64,000 nucleotides of DNA, from NCBI GenBank assembly GCA_951406725.2, contig OX597831.1, positions 25,482,001 through 25,546,000 on the forward strand, read 5' to 3'. Shown one piece after another: positions 25,513-38,624 of the stretch; within the stretch, counting starts at the first letter, position 1; each line of letters opens with the position of its first letter. Both the position numbers and the translations under genes were made by a program. The notes beneath the pieces are model-generated. The model was given only the letters and a program-made list of their open reading frames with translations. It ran no database searches and was not told the origin of the DNA. Origin of the DNA: Octopus vulgaris (Eukaryota).

Positions 25513-28158
25513 ATGATTCCATACTACTGCTGTTTACTTCTTGCTCAGAGATTTAATACTATATATATATATATGACCGGGCTGTGTGTTGTGTTCTCGA
25601 GCAAGGCACTTTATTTCACGTTGCTCCAGTTCACTCAGCTGTAGAAATGAGTTGCGACGTCACTGGTGCCAATCTGTATCGACCTTTGTCTTTCCCTTGG
25701 ATAACACTGGTGGCGTGGAGAGGGGAGGCTGGTATGCATGGGCGACTGCTGGCCTTCCATAAAAACAACCTTGCCCAGACTTGTGTCTAGGAGGGTAACT
25801 TTCTAGGTGCAATCCCATGGTCATTCATGACCGAAGGGGGTCTTTAAAAAAAATATAAGATAAACTTACTTGGAAAAGGATGCGTGGCATTCAATCATAT
25901 GATAATATAAATAAAATATATATACCCATATATTTGTATATATACATATATATATACACACACATACCTATATATCAGTGTGTATATGTATTAGAGTGTG
26001 GGGTTGCATCCATAGATATATTGTTAAGAAGATTTTTTTTTCTTTACTATGTGTTGTTAGGGTCAGTCCCACAGCTTAACACACTGGCTAGTTTTTTGGC
26101 CATACTTCAGTCTACCCAATTCTTTCCTATTACCATCCCTCACTTTTTTCCAAGCAAGATAATATTTCCCCATGCCCAGACATGTTTACATAGAATGTTG
26201 CATATAAAAGACAGTGTTTGTATGACAGTTACATTGACATGCCTTGCACAATATCAAGTCAAAAAGATACCAAAAGATATCTCTTTTATTTTTATATCTT
26301 TCAATCACAAGACCCAAGCAACACTATGGGCATGGTTTGGAAGAATCTTAGTTGAACGAATCAACCACAGTATTATTATTTTTTTCTAAGTTTGGTATTT
26401 GTTCTACGGTTCTACATTCAGTCCCACTGTGTGACATATTGAGCAAGTGCCTTCTGCTATAGCCTCAGGCTGACCAAAGTCTTGTGAGTGGATTTGGTAG
26501 ATGGAAACTGTGTGTGTTTTGTGTCTATATTTGTCCCCTACCACCGCTTGACAACCAGTATTGGTGTGTTTACTCCCCAGTAACTTAGCAGTTTGGCAAA
26601 AGAGATCGCTGGAATAAATACCAGGTTTAACGAAACATAAGTAGTAGGGTCAATTTTTTTGGTTAAAAATTCTTTAGTGTGGTGACCTAGCATGACCACC
26701 ACATTGACTGAAAATGTGTAGAAGATATATAAATATGTAAAAGATAATATATATATAATATCTATGTGTATATACATACATACACACATATATATACATA
26801 TATGAACATGTGTATGCATATGTGTTTGTTTGTATATAATTTGTATTATCATGACGAGCTTTTACCAACTTGTGTTTCACAGGTCCTTAATGTATGCCTG
26901 GGAGAATCAGAGGCCAGTATCATTTTGGAGAGTTTCATTGTGGCTTGTTTCCCTGACTGAATGTCCTTCTTTAAAACAACCATTTTACATAGAGTGTACA
27001 GAATGTATTTATATATGTGTGCCTTTGTCTGTGAATGTGTGTGTATGTGTTTATATTTGTATAAATGCAGTGAACTGGCAGAATCATTAGCACATCAGAC
27101 AGAATATTTAGTGACATTTTGACTACCTTCACATTCTGTGTTCAAATTCTGCCGGAGTCGACTTTGCCTTTCATCCTTTTGGGGTCAATAAAATAAGTAC
27201 CAGTTAAGTTCTGGGGGGTCAATGTAGTCAACTTACCCCTTCCCTCTCCCTAAAATATCTGGCCTTGTGCTATATATATTTATGTGCATCTAGCCTTGTG
27301 CTATATATATTTATGTGCATATATGCACATCTGCATGTATGTATGTGCATGCATTTGTGTGGGTATGTATATACATTTTTACATGGTAGTTTATATGTGT
27401 AATTTAGTTTTTCTTTACTCTGAATATCTAAGCAATTGTGTGTAATTTAATCCATATCATGGTTTTAAATTATGGGTCCATAATATTTATCAATATCCTC
27501 ATAATATTGATTTCTCTCATTGATTACTCTCAACATAAAATATTATATTCTCATTATGCAGAGTTTCTTCTCAAGTGATTATCAGATTACTGGGAGACAC
27601 TTGTGTTCTTTGAAAAGTTTTACCAATTTTTAAATTTTCATTCCCTTCTATTCACTTAAAGTATCCAATTTAGCCTAAGAAAATTTTCTTTGAAACTCAT
27701 TTCCAACACCAAAACCATTTCAATATTTTTCTTTCTTAGTTACACATCTGTCTTCAATACTCTGTTGTTTAATCTCTGTGTATCACTAGAGTATCCATCT
27801 CTCTTGCTTTCTTTTTATAGCATCTAATTACTGTTATTATATCGTTAAATCATAATTATGACTATAACCACCGTGCATTTTTTTTTAATTTGATATTTCT
27901 CCAGTCGGTGGTTTTACATCATTGATACCATGTCATTGCAGTTGCTGCCTTTTTCATGCTATAATGATAGTCCAACAGCAATGTCAACGTGTACTGTGTC
28001 TTTGGATCAGCTACCTTCACCAGCTCCCTCTTAAACAAATTAAAAATCACAAAATCAGCAGAACCATCTCCAGTTAATAACAGTGTCAGTTTCAAAGATT
28101 CTAAGATGACCTTTTAAATCTGGCAACATCTTATTTACATACTATAGTTGTTATAGAT

Positions 28159-28856
28159 CAGGGGTTCTCAACCGTTTCTAATCTATGGATCCATTTGTTT
28201 ACAATTTTATTTTGGTGGATCCCACCATAGCCATTCAGTGTTTAAAAACTAATTTTATAAAAAACCTCTTTCAAAATTTCTGTTTTGTTTTTTACACATT
28301 AACTTATTTAGGTTGGCCCATGTAAAATGTCAAAGAAAGAAACCTAGCTGTTTTGCAGTATATACTAATTTTTAAATATATTTTTATTATATTTGTGCAC
28401 CCTTTTCAAGCCTAGCCAGGCTCATGGGCCCGGTTTCCCAGTTTCTGTGGCGTATGTGTTCCCCCCAGCTGGACAGAAGCCCAGTCCATTGCAGCGTTAC
28501 TCAAGAAACAGGAAGAAAGAGTGAGAGAAAGTTGGGGCAAAAGAGTACAACAGGGGTCGCCACCACCCCCTGCTGGAGCCTCATGGAGCTTTTAGGTGTT
28601 TTCATTCAATAAACACACATAACGCCCGGTCTGAGAATCGAAACCGTGGTCCTCCGACCGCGAGTCCACTGTCCTAACCACTGGGCCATTGCACCTCCAC
28701 AGTATATACTAATACATACATTTAAAGCAACATTTTTTCAGAGGCCCTTAAAATGCTACTTTGGATCCCTAACTTACTATTTTGTAGCATGGACCTCCCC
28801 ACCAAATTTTTATATGAACCTCCAGGGGCCATATGGACCCCAGTTGAGAATTATTG
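28159..28856. mobile_element. hAT (Charlie-like) MITE with 8-bp TSD, containing a nested SINE
   Basis: Ends CAGGGGTTCTCAAC...GTTGAGAATTATTG; TTATAGAT duplicated at 28151-28158 and 28857-28864. Confidence 0.85.
28371..28698 (-). mobile_element. tRNA-derived SINE family E with ~14-bp TSD
   Basis: Minus head GGAGGTGCAATGGCCCAGTGGTTAGG...GGTTTCGATTCT; CAGTATATACTAAT on both sides; second copy at 49185-49505. Confidence 0.85.
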
Positions 28857-30485
28857 TTATAGATGTTTAACACCTGAACAAATCTAATGATTCATCAAAC
28901 ATGTTTCTAGCCATGACCCACCTGTCTTTTTCTGGTATGCTATGTCTGGGACTACATTCCTTCCTTCCCATCCCTTGACTTTGTTGTCATTGGGCCATTG
29001 ATTGATGATGCCTCAATCAGATTTTGCCACTTCTCGTGGTCATCTGCTGCCTTCTTTGAGTTTGCAAACTTAAAGCCTGACCACTCTTAATGTTACCCTA
29101 AGTGATGACAAATCTGGTATGGGTCATCTCATGAATGTATCATGGGCAAGTTAGCATGGCAGCACCCCTTCCTCTCCAGGCTGTTAGCCACAACCATATT
29201 CCCCTACCTGAGACACACCTTGGCTGTTGACCTGAGCAGGCTCCTCTGCTCTAACAGGTGACTCATTGGGAAGACTCACCTGGAGTCTTTTGCCTACAGG
29301 TGCAGTATTAACACAATCCCATAATTTTCTTTAGCCTACCATCTGAAGTAGGTTACCAGAGTGTGGTGCTAAGAGTTATCAAATGAGGCCAGTGCTCATC
29401 CAGCAGACTATTGATCAAAGACGTTCCAGCCATGCCATACCATCAGCTTCTTTAATTATTCTTGGAACATATTTTCCAATATGTCATTTTCATTTTAATG
29501 ACAGTGGAGTATAATTTAAGGGAGATTTGTCTGCTGTTTTTAGCAACCACTTAGAAGCTTCCCCCATATGCCTATAATTGCTATCATTGCTGCTTAGCCT
29601 TGATTTAGCCTTGATCCAGCGGATCTTTGATGAAAAGGTATTCCAGCAGCGACCAACTATCTTTTACTGTTTATTTATGCCTAATATATCTAGAACTACA
29701 GTATCTAGTGTCTCTTTCCATTTTAAGGAGGGAGATATGGCTGCTATTTTTCTCAGATATAGCAACCACTTAGACAAGGTGCCAGCTCACATGTTGGCAT
29801 GATAAAAACTTTGTAATTTTGTATTGGGAATAGATTAAACGAAGTAGTTCACTTTAATACCGCTGCCAACCTTTGGTGCCAAATAGCAAAAGACAAACAT
29901 TAACAGCTAAACCTCCAAGTGGAGCAGATCAAGTTCAAAAACATACCATGTTTTTTTTTTGTATGTTTTTCTTTCTCTTCTGTTGTAAAGAAGAAACAAA
30001 AAGGAAAGTAAAATCTTTCCTAAAGACCAACTGCCATATCTTTAGTTCTGCTTCTTATATAAGCTTACGTTTTAGCTTATGTTTCAAATGAGGCAACCTC
30101 TATGTGGTTGCTCACCTAGTTAGAAATAGCAGCCCGAATCCTCTCAAATCACACCACAGCCAGATTTGAAATCATGACTTATAGTACTATAAGTAAATAC
30201 TCCAGAGTACCTTTTTTAGTCCACCCTATAGGTGCAGACGTGGTTGTGTGGTAAGAGGCTTGCTTTCCAACTACATAGTTTTGGGTTCAGACCCACAACA
30301 TGGCACCTTGTGCAAGTGTCTTCCACTATAGCCTCAGGCTAACCAAAGCCTTGTGGGTAGATTTGGTTGACAGAAACTGAAAGAAGCCTGATGTTTATAT
30401 ATATATATCTATATTTATATGTGAGTGTGTACACACAACACTGGTTATCAGGCTGTAGTGGAGAACAAACACACACACACATACA

Positions 30486-30516
<31 letters not shown>

Positions 30517-30851
30517 GTGTGTGCATGTGTGTCGTACACTACAACTTGACAACCAGTGTTGGTTTGATTATGTTCCTATAATGTAGTGGTTCAGCAAAAG
30601 CAGCTGACAGAATGAGCATCAGGCTCAAAGTAATTAAGTCCTGGGGTCGATTTAATCAACTGACCCTTTCAAGGTAGAGTCCTCAGTATGACTGTAGTCT
30701 AATAACTGAAAACAAGTAAAAGAAAAGAAAAAAAGAAAGCATCCAGTACACCCTGGATTGTCAGAACACTGACAATAGTACCAGTTATATTCTTGGGTTA
30801 GTTTTGATTAGTCCACTTGATTCCTTGAACATTTGTGTCAAAAAATCTATA

Positions 30852-31262
30852 TAGGCGCAGGAGTGGCTGTGTGGTAAGTAGCTTGCTTACCAACCACATG
30901 GTTCCGGGTTCAGTCCCATTGCGTGGAATCTTGGGCAAATGTCTTCTACTATAGCCTCAGGCCGACCAAAGCCTTGTGAGTGGATTTGGTAGACGGAAAC
31001 TGAATGAAGCCCGTCGTATATATGTATATGTATATATATGTGTGTGTGCGTGTATGTTTGTGTGTCTGTGTTTGTCCCCGTAGCATTGCTTGACAACCGA
31101 TGCTGGTGTACTTATATCCCCGTCACTTAACGGTTCGGCAAAAGAGACCAATAGAATAAGTACTGGGCTTACATAGAATAAATCCCGGGGTCGAGTTGCT
31201 CGACTAAAGGCGGTGCTCCAGCATGGCCGCAGTCAAATGACTGAAACAAGAAAAAAAAAAAA
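30852..31262 (+). mobile_element. SINE family A, young full-length reference copy with A-rich tail
   Basis: GGCGCAGGAGTGGCTGTGTGGTAAG...GGTTCAGTCCC...GACTGAAACAAGAAAA. Other copies at ~7335, 17450(-), 21512(-), 23580(-), 23985(-), 26410, 30230, 35405, 41735(-), 47455, 54960(-), 58635, 63590(-). Confidence 0.9.
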
Positions 31263-31709
31263 AAAGAGAGTAAGAGTATATAAACCAGGAGAACTTTTCA
31301 ATGTTTCCAGCTACGGTGGACAGAGAAATTGCTTGCTCAGCAATGTAAATAAATGCGTCATAGTTTTTAATTAATTTTCAAGTTTAAAAAATGCTGGTGG
31401 AAATTTATGGCTACAACAGCAAAGATTAATTTTCTGCGAAAGAGAAGTGTATAGACTTCCAAGACAAGATTGTGTGGAGGCCAATTTTGCTTCCGTTTCC
31501 TCCGCACTGTATTAACATTAAAAATTCCAACACAGATGCCATATGACATGTGATTACTTTGGTGTATGATATTTTCTTGTGTTTTGTCATTTATTAATGA
31601 GGATGGAATAATCAACATGGTCACTATAGCAACAATAATCTTCTTCCTTATTAACATCTTCAGTGTCAGTATCTTCTCTATCATCATCATCATCATCATC
31701 ATCATTTTT

Positions 31710-31740
31710 TTTCTATTTGCAGGATTGTCTCAGCCTCATC

Positions 31741-31775
<35 letters not shown>

Positions 31776-32045
31776 AACTGTCTTTTATAAACGTCACCTA
31801 CCTCCAATTTCACCTCTAACACTACTACTACCATCATCATCATCTTCTATTTGCAGGATTGTCTCAGCCTCATCTTCATCATCATCATCATCATCGTAAC
31901 TGTCTTTTATAAATGTCACCTATCTCCAATTTCACCTCCAACACTACTACTACCATCATCATCATCATCGTTATCACCATCATCATCATCATTGTTATCA
32001 CCATCATCATCATCATCGTTATCACCATCATCATCATCATCATCA
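31710..32045. repeat. Tandem duplication (~130 bp) within a (CAT)n-rich tract
   Basis: TTCTATTTGCAGGATTGTCTCAGCCTCATCTT...TAACTGTCTTTTATAAA...CTCCAATTTCACCTC occurs twice. Confidence 0.9.
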
Positions 32046-32289
32046 GGAGCTGCAGTAGCAGTCTAACTATTTTCCTCTTCATTCTAAAAAGTTTCGAAGT
32101 AGGTGTGAACCTGTAGCCATAACAGCATCATCCAATTCATTAAATTTCTTCAATGATACTCTTTAAATTCTGTGACAGATTAGTTAAGTAACTTAGTTGT
32201 TTTTCTGGTAACATGAGAGTGAAAAATAGTTTGAAGTCATCCACATTTGTTAAAACATGTTACCCCCAGAACATGCTATAATAAGGGAA

Positions 32290-32407
32290 TCTGTATGTCA
32301 TTACTTGATGAGTTAGAAAGAGCAGCCAAATATCCCTCATATTGCAACCCTTAAATTGCTAGAAAAGGAAGGACACATACATAAGTTAGTTCCAGAATGC
32401 TATATTC

Positions 32408-32438
<31 letters not shown>

Positions 32439-32515
32439 AAGACAGGGTGGTCATGGTTGGAATACCTTTGATCATAGGCCTGCTCAATCAAGGCTGACTT
32501 TGGCTAAACAACAGC
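32290..32515 (+). mobile_element. Ancient dispersed repeat (family I), representative copy
   Basis: Motifs TAGAAA(T/G)AGCAGCCAAAT.TCCCTCAAATCAC and GGTCATGG.TGGAAT.CCTTTGATCATAGG.CTGCT recur at ~17380, 23200-23400, 29400-29790(-), 30100, 43170, 45170(-), 57670-57930, 58420-58620, 59550, 60020-60200. Confidence 0.65.
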
Positions 32516-32544
32516 TTTATATCTTGTCATTTACGAGGATGAAC

Positions 32545-32583
32545 TCTAACGAACTAAAGCTCTGTTTTACTTCATAGGTATGT
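32545..32583 (+). promoter_or_regulatory. Candidate recursive splice site (CTAAC branch, TCTGTTTTACTTCATAG|GTATGT)
   Basis: CTCTAAC at 32544-32550; TAG at 32575-32577 abutting GTATGT. Confidence 0.4.
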
Positions 32584-33870
32584 AAAAGGGATGTAAAGTC
32601 GGTAATTGTTATTTGGTTATTTAGTACCAGTATTGGTGTATATATGAGTATGTATGTGTGTGTATGTACTTATGTGAGTGTCTGTAGTGTAACGTGTATT
32701 TTCTGTTTTGTTTTTTGTTTTTTGTTTTTTGTTTTTTCGAAGAAAAATAAGCAGCAATCAAATTTTAGCACTCTTGTGTTCCCACTTCACTACAATGTTT
32801 AAGAATTTCTTAAATGAACCAATCCAAGAAAAAAGATAAAGATAAAAATAATAACATTTAAAAAATAAATGTCGGAAATAAAAAAAAGCAGAAAAAAAAC
32901 AGGAAGAACTAAAATGAATTAAGAAGGAACAGGAAGGCCAAGCCTTGAATGTAATATTTGAAACTTTATCTGAAATTGAATTTTCCTTCGCAATAAGTAA
33001 GTAATTAACTTTGGAACATAGCCATTATACACACACACACACACACACAAAAATGAAATAAATAGATATAAATAAACATTCTATTACAAAATTAAGTTTG
33101 GCAAATATATTGCTATTGGAATATCCATTAAATCCAAGATGTATGTTTAGGTCTTCTGTTACTTGCATTTTTATTTTATTTTATCAATATTATTTCTTTA
33201 TTAATTTTTGGTCTTTGGTGTGTTGGGACTTATGTGAAAAGAATTACTAATTATTTTTTTTTAAAATTATTTTAGCTGTTTTTTTAATGCTTTATATTTT
33301 TGTCTTTAATTAAAAATTTTGGTAAGTGGTTACTAGTTGTATAAAGGTGTGGTTTGTCTGTGTTCAGTTAATTATATATCTACTGCTTATAAGTGACTCA
33401 CCGTTGTCGTGTTATAACACCAGTGGCAAAGTACCAACATGGATTCTCTTGTAGTCATGTCAGATAACAGTCTGATAGTGTTGATGATACAGGAGGATGC
33501 TGGCTAGTGTATAATGAGACTAACAGGAACTAATCAGGGCTAGGCCTAGCTGGGCAATTCTGGGCTGGGCTAAGATTAGCTGCTTCAAAGAAACACTCAA
33601 ATATGGTTCCAGGTTTAGCATTACCAGCAAGTGTCTTCCACCATAACCTGCAGCCAACCCAAGTTTTGTGAGTGAATTTGGCTAGGCAGGATCTATATCT
33701 GTTGTTAGGTGGTAGGTTTTATTCATCAGCTGTTTAACACCACTACCTGGCCCTGGGCTGCCTTTGGTGGCATTTATTCTGTTGCAAGTTTTCAGACCAG
33801 CTTGTTGGTATCATGATAACTCAAATAGCTTATTACCTTTCTTCCTATTCAGGTAAATTGACTTAATCCT

Positions 33871-34319
33871 TTAACCCTTTAGCATTTATACCAGCCATAT
33901 CCAGCCAAAATATTCTCTGTCATGTTTAAATGAGCCATATCTGACCTTTTATACCTATCCTGTAATGTCATTCTAAAAATAAACTATCACATTGAAATCT
34001 TGAAGTTATAAGATAACACATGGTTAATTGAAAACAATGTCAATAAACAAATATTATATTTCACAAAGTAATCTGAATGCTAAAGGTTTAACCCTTTCAT
34101 TACTATATTTATTTTGAGTATTTATTCTGTGTTTCTTTCAATTATTTTAAATATAACAAAGAATTTAGTAAATTAACTTTGTTATCATTAAGATAGTGTT
34201 AGGAACATAAATTTTAACTATGATTTGGTGGAAGATTTGAATTCAAAACTTATGAAAACAAGACATTTATACTAAAGAGCCAGAGCCGGTTTCAGCCGGG
34301 CTGGTAACGAAAGGGTTAA
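33871..34319 (-). mobile_element. Abutting pair of piggyBac-type MITEs (P2 + P1) sharing a TTAA
   Basis: Reverse complements of 13751-13978 and 13481-13708; junction ...GCTAAAGGTTTAACCCTTTCATTAC at ~34080-34104. Confidence 0.85.
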
Positions 34320-36463
34320 GTCTAAGATAGAATAACTTGCATTATTTCTTCTGGAATTTGGCATTCTAACTTCAAATCCTACCAAGTTCATCTTTGTACC
34401 CTTTAAGAGTCTACTAATAAAGTAACAGTTGACAAATAAAGTACAAGCCAACAAATCAAATACCAGTTGAGCATAGCAGATTAGAGGAATTATTAAAATA
34501 TCAGACAGCATTATATTCTGATAGCAATATCTGTGATGATACTGGTACTAAACCGTACTGGCATTGCTTTTCATGAAAACAATTTTGGTGGTGTGGAGAG
34601 AGGAAATGTGCATAGTCTTCCATTAAAAGTTTGTCCTGTTCTGCACCTTAGAAAGAAACTTTCCAGGGGTAGATCCATGGTTCCTCAAAATGTATCAAAA
34701 TCTCCAAACTATGGTTTGACTCAAAAAATAAAAGAATAAAAATTACAGATTAAGTCTTTTAATGAATTAGTAAATAAATTACTTATACATCTGGAAATAT
34801 ATTTTCACACTTTCTGTATTGGAATTTGGTAGCTATGAAATGGAAGAACTGCATATGACATATTTATCACTGAACGGAATGTTTACAACAGCATCCTTTC
34901 AAGATATATCTTCACAACCGTCATTTCTGTCCCCACCTTCCTGCATAACACAATTCTTAACTGGTTATTTTTTAACTTTTAATAGAATCAAAAATCAAAA
35001 GATTACCACCAAATTCTGCTTTGGTCATCCATTTTATTAGTATCCTAAATCATTTTGTTAATCAAATAAACCAATACATATGTGTATGTGTGTGTCTCTA
35101 TACATTCATACGTATTTAAATGCATACATACATGCCTCTGTGTACATTTTGTATATATATGTATATCTTTTAGATTTTACTTGTTTCAATCATTGGACTA
35201 CAACCATGTTGGGACAAAACCTGGAAATGTTTAGTCAAACAAGCCAGAAAACCAATATTGGTGTCTTTACATCCCTATAACTTAGTAGCAGTTTGATAGA
35301 ATAAATACTAGGCTTACTAAGAAGAAGTCCTGATGTCGATTTGTTCGACTAAAGGCAGTGCTCCAGCATGGTCGCAGTAAAATGTCTGAAACAAAAGAAT
35401 GAAAGAACCAACCACATGGTTCCGGGTTCATTTCCACTGTGTGGCACCTTGGGCAAGTGTATTCTACTATAGCCTCGGGTCGACCAAAGCCTTTCGAGTG
35501 GATTTGGTAGACGGAAGCTGAAAGAAGCCTGTCGTATATATATGTATATATATATATGTGTGTGTGCATGTTTGCATGTCTGTGTTTGACAACCGATGCT
35601 GGTGTGTTTACATCTCCGTAACTTAGTGGTTCGGCAAAAGAGATTGATAGAATAAGTACTAGGCTTACAAAGAATAAGTCCTGAGGTCGATTTGCTCAAC
35701 TAAAGGCGGTGCTCCAGCATGGCTGCAGTCAAATTACTGAAACAAGTAAGAGAGAATAAAAGAGATATCAGTATGTATAAATGCACAAACACGCACATAA
35801 ATATGTGGTTGTATGTGTATGTGTGTGTGTGTGTGTGTGTGCATGTGCGTGCATGCATGTGTGTGTGTGTGTGTGTAGGTATAAGTTTTCTCTGTGCTTT
35901 AGTATTAGTTCCGTTTTTATAAGGTTAATGCTAAGCTGTTGTCATACCGAAGAAAATTTCACTTTGGTTTTAACGCTATTTTTTTGTTTATTCCATTCCT
36001 ATGATGAAAATCTGGTTTGGTTTCATCAATTTTAATTTTTAATATAATCTTCTTAATACTTAAATGTAATAAAACAATATCATTAATGATTTTATTTTTT
36101 ATTTATTATTTATCTTTATTATTTGTTTTTCGTTTGTTTGTTTGTTTTTTCTTAGGTAGAAATACATTTTATGATAAAATAAAGGCATTTATTTTGTATT
36201 TTGAAAAATAGATTCATATAAAATCAACAAAATTTAAAATTCCTTTCAAAACATCTTTTTTGCATAATTAAAAAATAAAATAAAATAAAAGATTTAATTC
36301 TTTTTCTTTCTTATTTCTCAAATATGCACATATACAATCACAGATATATATATATACATATATACATTTACATATACACATATAGCATTATACACATAAA
36401 TATTGATAATCACAAGAATGATTTCTGTCATCAGTAACTTCTTCGTTATCACCATCATCATCT

Positions 36464-36466
<3 letters not shown>

Positions 36467-36554
<88 letters not shown>

Positions 36555-36624
36555 TATCATTATTGTTATTATTATCATTATTATCATTATTAATATTATT
36601 ATTATTATCATTATTATTATCATT

Positions 36625-36657
<33 letters not shown>

Positions 36658-37400
36658 GTTGTTGCTATTGTTTTTGTTGTCGCTGTTGTTTTCGTTATTA
36701 TTATTATTGTTTCTTCTAAGGCCGTATTCTGTAGATATATCTCAACGTTGTTAAGGAATGTAATTTAAGCTGCTTTAATATGATTAACCAGAATGGTAAA
36801 ATGGTAAGATAGCATGGTTTCATCCATATTCTAAGAACTCTACAGTAATTCATGAATAATCTAATAGGAGAGTGTCGGTATGTTGCAGTGAAGGCGGTGA
36901 CAGGGCAGTGGCGGCGGCAGTGGCGGCGATGGTGGTGGTGGTGGTGGTGGTGGTGATAGTTTTGATTACAGTGGCAGAAGTAGTGGTGGTGATCATGATG
37001 GTGGTTGCAGTGAGGTGGGGGAGGTTTCATTAAAGACTGTAGTGATGGTGATAGTAGTGGTAGTGGTGGTGGTGGTGGTGGTGGTGGTGGTGGTAGTAAT
37101 AGTGATGGAAATGGTAATGGTGTTTTTGGCAGTGACAGTACTGTGGTGATACCTGGTGTGGTGATGGTGGCAGAGGCGGTAGTAAGAGCAATGGTAATTG
37201 AGGTGGTGGTGATGGTGGTGGGTGATTATGGTAGCTGTGGCATTGGTGGAGCGGTGATTATTGAAAAAAAAAGAAAAAGCAGTGATGATGACGATGAAGA
37301 TGACGGTAATGATGACAATGATGCTGTTGATGATTATGATACGGCAGGGGTTGGTGGGTGGAGAGGGATCGGCGGTTAGGTATTGATGGTGGTGGGGGAT
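36467..37400. repeat. (ATT)n array and degenerate (GTG/GAT)n low-complexity tract
   Basis: Directly visible; source of the poly-I, poly-L and poly-H ORFs. Confidence 0.9.
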
Positions 37401-37657
37401 TTAGGTCGCGGATGGTGCAGTGGTTTGAAAGTGGGGCAAGGAGAGGAGAAAAGAGGTAAAATCAGTTCAAGTGGAAAATTATTGATGGAAATTTAGATCA
37501 ATACAGTCAAAAATATAATGGAATTTGCTGTTTTACCATTTCATTGTTATTTTATCTGACTTTTTACGTATTTTCTGGTTTTGATTTTGGAATAAAATAT
37601 TCTGTCAAGAAATTTTATTTAATTAAACAATATCATTCTGATAATTTATTTTCTTCA

Positions 37658-37750
<93 letters not shown>

Positions 37751-37755
37751 CATCA

Positions 37756-37791
<36 letters not shown>

Positions 37792-37792
<1 letters not shown>

Positions 37793-38342
37793 TGAGTGAG
37801 AGAGCAGTGCATGTCGTCAAAGTGACACTAGGGTAAAATATACGAAGCCCAGTATACCCATCATGACTACCCGTCTGATAAGGGCACACCAAGCACATGC
37901 ATCACAACCATATGTACATGACATGGTGATCTCATATCAAGATCAATAGAACATGACCTTGCAGGTGGGGCCCAGATAGAATTTTCTTCAAGTTGAGTAG
38001 CCCATCCCACTCAAAAGGTCCCTAAATAAGGGTTGTTTAAGGATGTTGGACAAAACACCCATGTTTCCAAAGGTGAATTATCTAAACCCCGAAGAATTCC
38101 TCTCGGCACATGGTTATGATTCCCCCACCACTACTTCTGCTTGTGATCAGATATGCACATGTCATCAGCCACTAAGAGACATTGTCAACTGGTTAAGTTC
38201 AAGCAAATCTATGAATTTGAGCAGAATATTTTGCTGTAGCCCATCTTTTATACCAAGACAAAACAATGTACATGATAACACTTCCAATCAGTTAAGATCA
38301 GAAGCCATGAGAGCCACTGCCTGGTACTGCATCAGGGCATTT
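37792..38342 (-). mobile_element. Unclassified ~550-bp repeat (family F) embedded in (ATT)n
   Basis: Closely similar second copy at 43950-44419; both are flanked on each side by (ATT)n; no credible ORF. Confidence 0.8.
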
Positions 38343-38355
38343 ATTATTGTTGTTG

Positions 38356-38404
<49 letters not shown>

Positions 38405-38624
38405 GATGTTGACATGGTAGAATCACTAATGGCATTTCATCTGTCTTTTCATTTTGAGTTCAAATTCCATTAAGGTTGACTTAGCATTTCATTAATTCAA
38501 GGTCGATAAAATAAGTAACAGTGGAACACTGGTGTCGATGATGTCAACTTAACCTTTTCCCTCAAATTGCAGGCCCTGTACCGACATTTTAAACTATTCT
38601 TATTCTTCTTATTATTATTCAACA

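Noticed and set aside
28640-28698. tRNA-like sequences at SINE heads (also 42140-42215, 30855-30920)
   Set aside because: A/B boxes present but acceptor and anticodon stems do not close, and each continues into a SINE body; not functional tRNA genes.
37868-37900. CTGATAAG in family F as a hammerhead core
   Set aside because: No downstream GAAA/stem III/UH arrangement or stem I pairing.
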